A stretch of DNA of 57,859 bases, filler included, from Jimgerdemannia flammicorona (GCA_003990765.1; 3 parts of 3 records of this genome joined end to end with filler, not necessarily neighbours in it), one strand, 5' to 3'. Counted from the whole stretch's first letter, positions 36,846 through 47,937 are shown. The notes: generated from the letters alone by a model not told the origin. A program made the numbers and translations.

Positions 36846-37727
36846 TTAGCAGATAGGAAGACCCGGAATAACGGTACGGCCACCGGAGCTGTGCGAGTTT
36901 GAAGAAATTGTTTAGAGCGTGGGGACGGAATATTTTGGAAGCAGAAGCGTGCACACTTGCAAAACGTACTCGATATAGTAGCATGAAATATAGCCTTTAG
37001 GGGTGAGGCACCAATATCTATATATGAAAGGAAAGAGTTTGGTCAGAGGGAGCGAGTAAATGCAATTATTCATAGATGATAATATCTGATACAATCATTA
37101 CGAGCAGCCCTTGAAACTTATGCCTTGCGTCTGGCATATGAGATCAACACAAGCGTCCCTCAGATAAGGGCTGTATATTGGTGGTTTGCCCGGACCCTTG
37201 TAAACGTTGACGGATGTTTCCACATGTATGAGTTTGTAGCAGCAGCGAGGAATAGCCGGGGTGGGGTTGGAGGGGCCGGTGCTATGCGGAGAAGTTCAAG
37301 ATGCATTAGAAAATGGAGTCGAAATGATTTGTATACATAAATAGAAAGTGTGCACAACCACAAAACATACTTGAACATTCTGTCGGAAGCATAGCCTGTA
37401 ACCCCATTATAAGTGACTTTATCCCACCAGCTATATGGAAAGAAAGAGTTTTGTCAGTTGGAGCGAGTGAATGAAAGGCATCATATGCGACAATATTTTA
37501 TAGAATGATTACATATTGCCGTCGCTGGCTGCCTGGCCTGGAGATTGGCACGCGATAGGAACACAGGTGTTCTTGGGGATTGTGCCTATTGGTGAACCGC
37601 TAGTTTTGGGCTGTGTGTAAATTTTGGCCACTACGGTGGTCGGGTATTGACCCTTGGGACAAGTTATAGCATCGGCCATGCTGGCGGCCATCAAGAGGAA
37701 GGCACAAAACCAAGCGAAGGAGTTCAT
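36846..37727 (-). CDS. Secreted 181-aa protein with two tandem fungal SH3b-like domains; exons 37727-37513, 37430-37371, 37281-37102, 37017-36970, 36888-36846
   Basis: Four GT-AG introns give a 546-nt open frame. Signal peptide present, then repeats V.I.CQ..G.....WWDK...GYASD and V.L.CQTQG....YWC...GYIS.YYI. Confidence 0.85.
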
Positions 37728-38543
37728 TGTTGTGGAGGTTTGTTGGGTTGAGGGGATAATGTTTTAGGTCTCAGCGTTCTCTTCTACCTTTTATATGTTT
37801 TCAGGAGAAGGCCGTGATATTGTATTTCAATGTTAGATGTGTAGAAGTGTATTTTTATGCGAATACTTTTGGTGAAGAGCTCGTTATTTTCGTTCAGATC
37901 AATAGTAGTTAAATATAACCATGGGTAAGACATAAATATTCATGCATATATAAATAAATATAACACCCCTGCAATATCTATATCTATATCTTAGCATGGT
38001 CATACATCGAGCAAAAATGTGTCCCAAAATTCCAGTCAACATGATAGACACTACGAGATCGAACTTCGATGCAATAAAGAAATAAAGAAGGCAAGGCTTG
38101 ACTTTCTAATCTTGTTAGTTTATTGACCTTGCGGGGCCGGACCTCACTTCTATAATAGTGCACTGGCATGGAATGGTACCGGTGTATGTCGCACACCCGC
38201 GCTGGCCAGTAGTGCCTACCATCCTTACTGCAATTCCGGAGTGTCGCGGCCCGCCAAGAAGCCATGCAGGAGGCGTTCGCGGGGTTTGTGCACGAGGTCG
38301 CCGCGCTGCAAGGGTCTGGCTTGCCCATCCGCCTGACTCACACGAGATACTGCAAAGATGCCTCTTCGCGGCGGGAATTTGTGCTCCGGACGGTCCGGTT
38401 CCCGAGTCAATAAAAAAAAAGAAAAGGTCCTCAGCCGCTCAGCTGCTCGATCTAGAGGAGAACACGTAATCAGTCGATTGCCCTTGGCAAATTATCGGGC
38501 AAATCGTCACAAAATAACGGAGGTTTTTTTTTTTTTTTTTTTT

Positions 38544-38643
38544 NNNNNNNNNNNNNNNNNNNNNNNNNNNNNNNNNNNNNNNNNNNNTTAATTAATTAAN
38601 NNNNNNNNNNNNNNNNNNNNNNNNNNNNNNNNNNNNNNNNNNN
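38544..38643. other. Artificial contig spacer
   Basis: N44 + TTAATTAATTAA + N44. Confidence 0.99.
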
Positions 38644-38733
38644 GCGCTAGGCTAACACAGCTTTGCTGTGTTCACCAAGCTGAGCTTTGAAAAAGCTCAG
38701 CTAGGCTAATTTATTAAAAATCCCCCGGGGGGA

Positions 38734-38757
38734 CCGGAGGGCGACCAAGTCCGCCGG
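38734..38757. repeat. Dispersed GC element CCGGAGGGCGACCAAGTCCGCCGG (first of 8 copies)
   Basis: Other copies, in either orientation, near 41701, 44924, 46383, 52130, 52721, 53672 and 54444. Confidence 0.9.
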
Positions 38758-39114
38758 TTAGCCCCCCCCCCTAAAGGGGGGGGGGCAACCAATTTGCCAA
38801 CCTGGTTTTTCTTTTAGAAAAACCAGCTAGGCTAGCCCGGCCGGGGCAAAGTATAAGATTGCCACGTTATAGTTACTGTGTTAATATATTATTATAAGTA
38901 GCCCAGGGTTCTCCTATGGTCCCAGGATTCTCCGAAGGTCCTTGGGTCGTTTGATTCCTCTTCCTTGGGAGGTAAGAATTTAACCTTAGTCGTAAATGTG
39001 TTAAATCTTTCTTTCAATGTAGGTTGTGTTATGCTTCTCATTCTACCAATTCCTATTTGGGGAATAGAGGGGAATCATTATAATTCTTTAACCTAGAAAT
39101 ATTCTTTGATTAAT

Positions 39115-39264
39115 ATGCCTCAATTAGTTCCTTTTTATTTCCTTAACCAGGTATCTTATGGATTCCTATTTCTATTTATTCTAATTTTTGTATTATCTAA
39201 ATATTTCTTACCACTATTTGTTCAACTACAATTTGCTCGGACTTTAATCTCTAAACTAGGGTAA
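39115..39264 (+). CDS. atp8: Mitochondrial ATP synthase subunit 8 (49 aa)
   Basis: [49 protein letters not shown]. Confidence 0.98.
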   Translation: MPQLVPFYFLNQVSYGFLFLFILIFVLSKYFLPLFVQLQFARTLISKLG

Positions 39265-39493
39265 TTATAGTCTACCCTCCCCCCTCATTTTCAAACTGAT
39301 CCGCTTAAATATTCGATATATAAGTAAAGTGATGTGCTTTGTGGGTGTATAACTTAACCCCACCGGGCGGCCCCGCCCACGGCGCTAGACGCTTGCGGCG
39401 GGGACCGTAGGTAATAATTAAGTCAAATTAGGAATATCGATTCGAATTTGGTTATACCCGCTTATGAATAGAATTTAAGTAAAGTATAAGTAA

Positions 39494-39554
39494 GGACATG
39501 ATAATCTCGGTAGGTATGAAAATATCAGTGTGGTTCGATTCCATTCCATGTTCA
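39494..39554 (+). pseudogene. Truncated tRNA-like remnant
   Basis: Acceptor-like GGACATG/CATGTTC and T-arm GTGG-TTCGATT-CCAT; D and anticodon arms not recognisable. Confidence 0.4.
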
Positions 39555-39753
39555 ATCCAGCAACGATATGTAATCTTAAGGGATGTCGCAGTCAAACATC
39601 CCTGTTTGAGTAAATAGGTGAGTCTTTGACCATCACAATAGTAAACCGACGAAGCTGTCGTTTAACATCAGTGGAGTCAGCAGATATCTCAGCGTTAATG
39701 AGAGTCTCTGTGTAACACCTTTGATACTCTTCTCAACTAAGTTTGATCTAACT

Positions 39754-40084
39754 CCCGGGGGGCAAGCGTCTAGCCCCCGAGGGGCTTGTCCCGTCGGGGG
39801 TGAGTCCCCCTTGGGACTAGCGTCTTGTATTTATACAAGATGCTGAACGCAATTATTGCTTAAGCAATAAAAGCGTCTAGCCCCGCAGAGCGGCGCTCGT
39901 CCCTGAGACCCGGCTACGGGGAGGGGTGAGTCCCCTTGGGACTAGCGCTGTGGCGCTACGCCTCTGGCGCAGGGATACCAGCGCATAGGGTTGTTTGTTT
40001 GTTTAAACAAACAACCTAGCGCGGTTTCTAATTTTTTATTTATAAAAAATTGTAATAGCGCCGTCCCTCCCGGGAGGGCGTGGG
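39754..40084. repeat. GC hairpin host element carrying five TAG-delimited modules
   Basis: Junctions end at 39773, 39820, 39880, 39945, 40019 and 40058. A near-identical four-module copy lies at 52790-53046. Confidence 0.9.
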
Positions 40085-40893
40085 ATTAGAAAATTCTATT
40101 ATAATGGTTTATTTAGTCTAATTGAGTTATACAGATCTTATATTAACTATATTGAATTGTTGGAATAAAGTATAAAGTATAGATTAATGAGTGAAACTGT
40201 AATGGATTACTATCGTTGAGAATACATTATGACTAAATTAAACTGTAATTGAGTAGCGATTATGGAGTATTCCTATTTATTCTAACTACTCCAAGTAGTT
40301 CAACTTCAGAGTATATCGCTAAGAACACTGATTTTGATCACGATGTGGATTACAATGTAGATCACAATGTAGAGCACTTTGAGGGACTTAGTGATATTAT
40401 TGATATTTCTGGTTATTCTACTTCCACACCTATTTCAATGGCTAAACCTGCTGTTGGTACTTTAACTCCTGCGGGTGTGTCACTCGTTGGTACTTCAGAA
40501 AATCATTCTAGTGGGACTCCCGGAGCACCATCTAGTGGAACTCCCGGTGAATCGATTTTAGGGGACCGGCCCCGGCCACGGCGCTAGTCGCTGGCTTTTA
40601 CTAAAGCCAGCTACATGCGACCGTGTCGTTGGGCTAAAGCCCTACGCCACAGCGCTAGTCGCTGGCCCGGGGCCGCCCTAAACAAACTTGCTGAAATTCA
40701 AATGAAACAGACTGAAATTTTATCTGAAATTCGATCTGAAATTTCATAATTGAAAGGCAATGTATCCGCTTCCCATGTTGAAATTCGAAAAGTACTTGCT
40801 GTTGAAATCCAAAATGTACGAGCGGATGTCCAATCTGAACTTTCTTCAATTAGATCGGAAATGAGATCAGAAATTAAAGCGTCTTCTCAATCG

Positions 40894-41233
40894 AGGGGAC
40901 CGGCCCCGGCCACGGCGCTAGGAGTGAGCGGCCTGCCTTAAAGCAGGCCCCTCGCTCCATGCGACCGTGTCCCGGCTTTTGTTAAAGCCGGGCCACGGCG
41001 CTAGGAGTGAGACCCAGCGGGGCTCGCTCCATGCGACCGTGTTTTTTCTTTTAGAAAAACCACGGCGCTAGTCGCTGGCTTTTACTAAAGCCAGCTACAT
41101 GCGACCGTGTCCGGGCTTTTGTTAAAGCCCGGCCACGGCGCTAGTCGCTGGCTTTTACTAAAGCCAGCGGAATGCGACCGTGTCGTTGGGCTAAAGCCCT
41201 ACGCCACAGCGCTAGTCGCTGGCCCGGGGCCGC
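40894..41233. repeat. Tandem array of four double-hairpin modules in a host element
   Basis: Alternating constant linkers CCACGGCGCTAG and ATGCGACCGTGT with variable hairpins. A one-module version lies at 40561-40677. Confidence 0.92.
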
Positions 41234-41434
41234 AGTAAAGAAGTTGGGGATTTTAAGGCGGTTGTAGAAGCTTTTAGCACTATTATTTCACCCCTTCTTG
41301 GTGCCATTATGGATTCCAATAAATCTGTAGTCAGCGCTGTTGTTGAATCTAATAAAGAAACAGCTAGACTAGTTGGATCTGCTCTGGATTCTAATAAAGC
41401 ACTAGTTTCGGAATTAGCGACGATTGTTGCTTCT

Positions 41435-41665
41435 AAAGATGGTATTTTGACATTTCCTACAGGAACATTTAAAGGGTTATATTATTCTGAAGAGTAACGA
41501 GTACTAACTTCACTTGGTTATTCGGTTGAATGTGAAAAGGGATATCTATTTGCTAGTTCTGATTTATTCACTGAGTATGTAGAACATTTCTATAAACTAA
41601 AATCTGAAGCTGCTGGTGGAGAAAGATATATTGTTAAACTGCTACTTAACGGACTATATGGCTTC
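41435..41665 (+). pseudogene. dpo: Plasmid-type family B DNA polymerase fragment
   Basis: FPTGTFKGLYYSEE*..LGY..GYLF..LFTEYVEHFYKLK..RYIVKLLLNGLYGF. Confidence 0.9.
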
Positions 41666-42269
41666 TGTTGCTCCCCCCCTTCTTTGAAGGGGGGGAGCTA
41701 CCGGAGGGCGACCAAGTCCGCCGGCCCCCCTGGGGGAGTCGATCTCAATATTATAACCAATCCTTAATTATCGATCAAAATGAGATTGTGGATCAATTTT
41801 TTTTTGCTGGAGGCAAACTACGTCTGCCAGCAAAAAAAAACCGCAGTGATCATCCGCCAGGAGGTCCTCTACTACCCCCATGTAATACTCCATCAATAAA
41901 CTCTCAATGTCCTAATGAAGAAGTGTAATAACCCACTTCACCAACATTTCTGCGTACGCCGGTGGGGGTCGGCCCATCGGCCCACCCTCCCCGAATGGGG
42001 GGGGGGAGCCGATTTATATATATTTATATATAAAATTCACAACTATATTATATTATAATATGGTAGTCGATGCTAGTCCCGAGGGGACTCACCCCTCCCC
42101 GTAGGGGGAAGCGACAACACTCTCCCCTCCCCGTAAGGTCTCAGGGGGGGGCTAGAAGAAATCTATTAAAATCAACAGTAAAGATTTACGACACCACAAG
42201 TGTGCTTTTGAGCATAGTAAGAGAAAATTCTCTTCATTATAGATTAAATCAACAATATTATAATTATAT

Positions 42270-42360
42270 TAGAGATTATAGGATTCGAACCTAGATAATG
42301 ATTACCATTAATGATCAGGCTTGATTGACGGTCCACGCTTAACCATTAAGCTAAATCTCT
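42270..42360 (-). ncRNA. tRNA-like RNA with enlarged anticodon arm (91 nt)
   Basis: Acceptor AGAGATT/AATCTCT, D-arm GCTT/AAGC, T-arm TAGG-TTCGAAT-CCTA; no canonical 7-nt anticodon loop. Confidence 0.6.
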
Positions 42361-42427
42361 ATAAATCATAGGATTTCTCTTAAGGCTAATGCAATACCTA
42401 TATCGATAGTTACCACGCTTCATAAAT

Positions 42428-42556
42428 TGAAGACCCAAGGATTCGAACCCTGATCTATCGATATACCACTGCATATAAGATTGGGCTTTTAGACCCAAAT
42501 ATTTATACACAGTGTGTCACAGTCTATCAATCGCTTTACCCTTTAGCTAAAGCTTC
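42428..42556 (-). ncRNA. tRNA-like RNA with a long hairpin in place of the anticodon loop (129 nt)
   Basis: Acceptor GAAG../..CTTC, T-arm CAGGG-TTCGAAT-CCTTG. Stem ATTGATA/TATCGAT encloses CACTGTGTATAA...TTATATGCAGTG. Confidence 0.6.
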
Positions 42557-43125
42557 TGAGCTGTATGATAGGTTATATGTGGGGGGGGTAACCCCATATG
42601 AAGAAGCCTTTCATCAATGTTATATTTGTTGGGTGTGTTCCAGTAACCCTCAGGTTACAGGAACACATATTCAAATTAAATCAATTCAAGTTAGTTAAAA
42701 AATCGTAATTCGTATTTCTAGGGTAGCTCCCCGCCCCGTCTTCTTTATAAGAAGACGGGGCCGGGAGCAAGTCGGCGTAGCCGAGGGTCCGGAGGAGGTG
42801 GCGGGAGCCACCCGGCACTACCCCCCTAGCATCTGTTGGTTGCACTGGTATGAAAAACCATACTACTAACCCGTTATACTGACATGCGTGTACAGTCGAT
42901 TACAGCTTGACATATTACCTATATCAAATAATCTATTTTGAATATCTAAACATCTTATGCTGGATGAGTGCCCACCCAGTTCGCTAATCTATAAAGTATA
43001 GCTGTCTAATTTGTTTAATTCATATTATAGGCAATGTGAATCCTATACTTATATTATGATAATAATTAATATTTCAACTTAAATACTAATAGGAGAAGTT
43101 TGGACCATTTAGAGTTGCAATCCAA

Positions 43126-43278
43126 CTACTTTTTTACTAACCCCAAGCATAAAACCGACGAATCCAAAGGAATGGATGGTAAGGGGCAATTTCTAACAGA
43201 AATGGTTAAAGAGGCAGAGTCACCGCCCCACCAATAAACAGTGATAAACAAGAAAAGTCATACAACATCAACGAAATG
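43126..43278 (-). pseudogene. cox3: cox3 C-terminal tail, copy 4, with read-through extension
   Basis: HFVDVVW(TGA)LFLFITVYWWGGDSASL...SVLCLGLVKK*. Confidence 0.85.
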
Positions 43279-43279
43279 G

Positions 43280-43659
43280 GGGGGAGGGGTGAACCCCATA
43301 AATAGACAGTGATAAATAAAAAAAGCCAAACAACATCGACAAAATCATATTACTCCTCTATTTTCATAGTGGTAAGGACTATATCTTAACTCAATGTTGA
43401 TAAAGAGCTTACTACACGTAGTCTCTGGGGTAAATTCCTGCTGATTGCCCAATCTCAACCGTTATTATCATTAAGATAGATAGAGTTTAAGGGTGTTTTA
43501 GCATTTGGTAGTATTCAAAATATTGATTATAATATTAAGGGTATTTTCATGCCAATACAGAATTGCTGCTTCAAACCCAGTATGATGAGAATCGGTGAAA
43601 TGGTAAGCAACCATTCTATACAAACAAACAGTTAAAAAAATAGTACCGATTAAGACATC
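43280..43659 (-). pseudogene. cox3: cox3 3' fragment, copy 3, split by a group I intron
   Basis: [36 protein letters not shown] / [19 protein letters not shown]. Confidence 0.9.
43346..43550 (-). ncRNA. Minimal ORF-less group I intron
   Basis: Core elements AAATGCT, AATCAGCAGG, CAGAGACTAC and AAGATATAGTCC in order, with terminal G at 43346. Removal restores W-H-F-V-D; boundaries are ambiguous by 2 nt. Confidence 0.85.
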
Positions 43660-43725
43660 TAGAGACCTAACTTATATAGCATACTTGGATGCATATATGG
43701 CCCAACTAACTTTTCGAAAATCTTC
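43659..43725 (-). pseudogene. C-terminal remnant of a LAGLIDADG endonuclease
   Basis: [17 protein letters not shown], abutting cox3 copy 3. Confidence 0.7.
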
Positions 43726-43816
43726 CATAGATTGAGCTCTAATAAAAATTCTCTTGGCTTGATTATAACCCCGAACAGTACAGTGCCAACCATATCGTAT
43801 AGCCATGGCTCCACTG

Positions 43817-43850
43817 TAACCGTATGTGCAACTTTCATCGCATACGGCTC
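43817..43850 (-). ncRNA. Group II intron domain V
   Basis: GAGCCGTATGCGATGAAAGTTGCACATACGGTTA: AGC triad, GAAA loop, AC bulge, 34 nt. Confidence 0.85.
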
Positions 43851-44001
43851 AAGCACTAAACTTACGAGTTATTACAATATACTAAATATACAAACAATCT
43901 ATGGCTGTAAAGATGGAGTTAAAATTATCCTTTAAGAACCTCGAATAAAGATAATACTCGAAGATTAAAAGGTAATATAAACAATTACAAAACGGATACA
44001 A

Positions 44002-44897
44002 TTAACCTTTTTTAAAAACATAAAGGCCTTTATAGACCTCCCCAGATCGAACCGCTTTAGAAATAGCACAATGGTTAATATTTAAGTATCTGGCTGCTTC
44101 TCTATACGATGGGAATGTAAATAATAATGAATTATCTGTGGCAGAGTATACCGAAACGCCTTGAGCTCTAGAGGTCAGAACGCCATACATTGGGTTATTT
44201 TCACCCGCCTTTGCTGCACTCATTGCCGCGACAGTCGAGTCCGAATGTCTTTTACCTCAATTTGGATTGTTTTCACCTTGATTTGCTGCACTGATTGCTG
44301 CTTTAGCTTCTGGCGTGTGCTGATAACCTCATCCTGAACCGGCTTTTTTGTAGTTTTTTATAGCGGGCACATGTCCGCCCTTGAAAAAACAAAAAAAACC
44401 GGTAAAAAGTTGAATCGACAGCTGGCCGGTAAAGAAAATAGCCAGTTCAAGTACAATTGCTCTCTTGAGAGTAGAAGGGCTTTAATCTCAGAAGGAGAAG
44501 TACCGGCAATAATTTCTACAAATTCTACGACGATAAATACAAAAGCGCCAATTCCGTACTTAGCGATAGCATTTCGTAGGTGAATGTTAGAAGAATGAAA
44601 AAAATGCTCATTCATTCTCTTGGAAAGATCGATAGTTGAACCAATGTAGATCGCGCCCGTAATTACACATCTAATAGCGTAAATGCCTGCTAATCCTTTA
44701 AGAGATTTAATGGCAGAGGCAAAATTATCAGTAATATTCAGATTCTCGAATTGCATTACACTAGGTAATGCTGCTGTGGGAAAAGATTCACCTTCACATA
44801 AGATAACGCTGTTTGAGCCTACAAGAATAATAATCCAAGCAATAAATAAAGTCATTGTAAAGAAACTAAAATTATGTGTAAATGAGTAGTTTTTCAT
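44002..44897 (-). pseudogene. Free-standing GIY-YIG homing endonuclease, frameshifted by a hairpin insertion (~44345-44400)
   Basis: AGIYAI..IYIGST..KRMNEH..REQ..FNFLP, then NUMOD3 repeats (GENNPMYG) and a C-terminal SYREAARYL helix-turn-helix. Confidence 0.93.
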
Positions 44898-45719
44898 GAT
44901 GGTGTTGTAGGCCCCCGGGGGGACCGGCGGACTTGGTCGCCCTCCGGTCCCCCCGGGGGATTAAATAAAATAAAATCAAATAAATAGGGGGGGTCAATGA
45001 TAAATATAACTAGTTCCTAATTAGTTATAGCGGGGACAAAGCCCCCGACTTTCTCACACCATTAAGAAGGTGACTGCCGTCCAAGCCTTTTCCTCTTGAA
45101 AACCGTTTTATCTTGATCACCTTAGTCACTTAATGTGTGTCATCGACCGGCTATACATGGATTAATTTACTATTATATTACCGAAATGGAGTTACCTCCT
45201 AGACGACTCATGGAGTCCTCTCCTAGAGACTGTATCTATAAGCCATAGATTTCGTTGATATCTCTTTAAATATCTCTATCTATATAGCTCAGGGATGTCG
45301 TGGATCCTCTTTGATCCGGAGAGTACCTTTCCTGGGTATAGCTCCTTCAGTTTATTGTGGTTTTAATTCAATATTCACAATTTCTTAGACATCCCCATAT
45401 GACTTTTTAAACGTAACAGCAAACTGAAATAAGTATATACAGAATTCAGTAAATAAAGCTGAAACCGGTAAATAAATAACAATTAATATACTATAGCCAA
45501 AAGAGATTCTGGTCTGATTAATACCACGATTAGCCCCTCCCTTTAGGAGGGGCCAGCGACGAGCGCCGTGGCCCGGGGGGGGCTACCAGTGGTAAAATCT
45601 TTATCCTTTTTGTTAATGTCCTTTACTTATAAAGAAGATGAAAAACTTAAAATATAACGCAAGGGGACTGCCATCCATCCTTCGCATTAGTAGAGAACAG
45701 CCATCTAACCATAAGAAGT

Positions 45720-46700
45720 TAAATATTTATCCTTTTTGTTAATTGCCTATACCTATATTGAAAAATTGGGTGCGGCCCCGGGGGGACAAGGGGCGGGTAT
45801 ACGACCCTTCCCGCCTCGTTAGCACCCGCCCACATCTCCTGGGTAAGCTTACCCAGGAGCCGAGGGGGGGAGCAACCCCCGGGTAAGTGTAATCTGTATG
45901 GAGGGGGTGAAGGCCGGTAGCAACGATTTAGCAACTCAACCCGATCTAGAGACGCCGCGGGGACCCCTTTACAAGTCGGCAACAATCCGCAAGAGAAAAA
46001 CTATCGGTACAAAACAATAGCCCAGTACTCGCCCACGTCCCATCTCCCATCACCCAGTGCGCAATACCTTCAGCATTAAGATATGTAAATAAATGAATAT
46101 CCGCAGGAACGACTTTCTTCCCTAGAACATAAAACATATTATAGAACACCGTTAGACACAAGAGGGCGCGAGTATAGAACGCTACTGTTTTAATTACTCC
46201 ATCAACAATCTTACTTGCGTCAGGGAGAGAATTACAAAAAGGGCTAAAAATGAAAAACACAAACCAGAAATATGGGGCATGCTCTGGAATAGATTGTACA
46301 AAGGTGAATCTCACTAAATTGGTTCCCTTTTGTAGATACCCGTCAGACAGCATAATTCCAAAAAGGATGCACGCCTCCCGGGCCGGCGGACTTGGTCGCC
46401 CCCGGCCCGGGAGGACCATATTAAATGGTAGTTGAAACATATGTGCTAGGTATTTAGGCATTTGATTAGCGAATAGCCCAATAGAAGTGCGATCCCATGG
46501 TTAAAGAACCCCAAACAACTAATGCTGTACATGTTGTTGGAGGAAATAATAGAGCCACTTTTTTCATAATTCTCTTTGTATCTTTATGGGTATAACTTAC
46601 CGGTAGTAAGGTTGCCCAGCATAAAAAGGGGTCGTCTAAAAAAATGAGTGAAGATGAGAAAAATATTACAGGTCAATAATGCCACACAATAACGTTAGAA
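45720..46700 (-). pseudogene. Double-motif LAGLIDADG endonuclease interrupted by GC elements
   Basis: CTALVVWG, LFGIMLSDG, IAHWVMGDG and LCTDSFS-like motifs. Confidence 0.9.
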
Positions 46701-46711
46701 AGAATGAAATT

Positions 46712-47099
46712 AAAAACATACATAGCAAAAGCCTGTACTTCGTTGAAAATACTACCCGTGGGGCCCACGGGTGGGACGGCGCTAGACGCTTGCCCCCCGT
46801 GGGTTTGTACAAAATTGTAATTCGTTGAAGATACTACTTAATACTAGCTGTCCTTTACCAGTCACTAAATGATCAACTCATTGCGGAAGAAAACTCTCCC
46901 ATAGATCGTGAAAGGCAGTTACTGGGAATAAACCGACAGCACCCCCTACACCCGAACCTACTAATAAGACTAAAATCCTTACTAGTACCCCAGTGTAGAG
47001 TAAGTTACGATCGGCAATCCACTTAAAATAAATAGCGGTAATCCGAAGGGATGGTAAGGTGATCACTAAAATCATAATTCAAATTAAAATTCAAACCAT
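46712..47099 (-). pseudogene. nad2: nad2 5' fragment (degenerate)
   Basis: ILVITLPSLRITAIYFK...VGSGVG..GLFPVT and EVQAFAMYV. Homologous, with its upstream flank, to 56611-56970. Confidence 0.7.
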
Positions 47100-47255
47100 T
47101 ACAACTTAACAACAATAACAAGAAAATCTAAAATCCTGTTTCTTATATGTTCTGCCAGATTCTAAAGTTAGCCAGACCTAACCGTAAGGGTGTGATTAGC
47201 CCCCGCCCTATACTAGAGAAGATCGATATCTAAATAATGGGGGGGGGGGGGGGGG

Positions 47256-47927
47256 CTAAGAGCCCCATAAATAAATAGAAACGTATAAAAATAGCCAGAC
47301 AACATCTACAAAATGTCAGTAAAGAATCGCCGTTTCAAAGCCAACTGGATGATGATTTGTTAAATGATATGATAAAAGTCTGAAAAGGCATACAATTAAG
47401 AATGCCGAACCAATAATAACGTGTAGTCCGTGGAAACCTGTTGACATATAAAAAGTACAACCGTAAACTCCATCTGCCAATAGTTAATGGAGCATTGTAA
47501 TACTCGAAAACTTGTAAACCAGTAAAAATGGCAGCTGCGCCCGCGGGGCGCTGCAGTAAAACTATGTTTAACAGCTAAGATAATAGTAAATAGTAAACCA
47601 TAAAAAGAACCATTTCTAGAGCCAGCGATCAAGCTGTGGTGAGAGTATGTTAAAGTCGCTTTTTTTGGTTTTTGCTGGAGGCAAACTACGTCTGCCAGCA
47701 AAAACCAAAAAAACGGAGCTCAATAAAATAACTGTGTTCAATAAAGGGATCTCAAAAGGATTCATAGTCTCAATACCTGCTGGAGGCCAAATAGAACCTA
47801 ATTCAACTGTAGGAGCTAACGCGGAATGGAAAAATGCCCAAAAAATACTAAGGAAAAAGAAAACTTCCGAGATAACGAATAAAATAAACCCTAAAGTTAA
47901 GCCAGACCTAACCGCAAGGGTGTGGTG
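47256..47927 (-). pseudogene. cox3: Displaced cox3 3' two-thirds, copy 2
   Basis: [17 protein letters not shown]...[19 protein letters not shown], broken by palindromic insertions (~47662-47712, ~47531-47554) and a frameshift. Confidence 0.93.
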
Positions 47928-47937
47928 ACGACCCGCC

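Noticed and set aside
38158..38469. CpG-rich ORFs near the contig end
   Set aside because: Several overlapping frames on both strands with no recognisable domain; a strand or product cannot be assigned.
40894..41233. CRISPR array
   Set aside because: Linkers are only 12 bp and alternate between two types, spacers are self-complementary and recur, there are no cas genes, and the context is mitochondrial.
45020..45340. rnpB or other structured RNA
   Set aside because: P4-like words (GAAAGTC, AAGGCTT) occur in the wrong order and no convincing fold was found.
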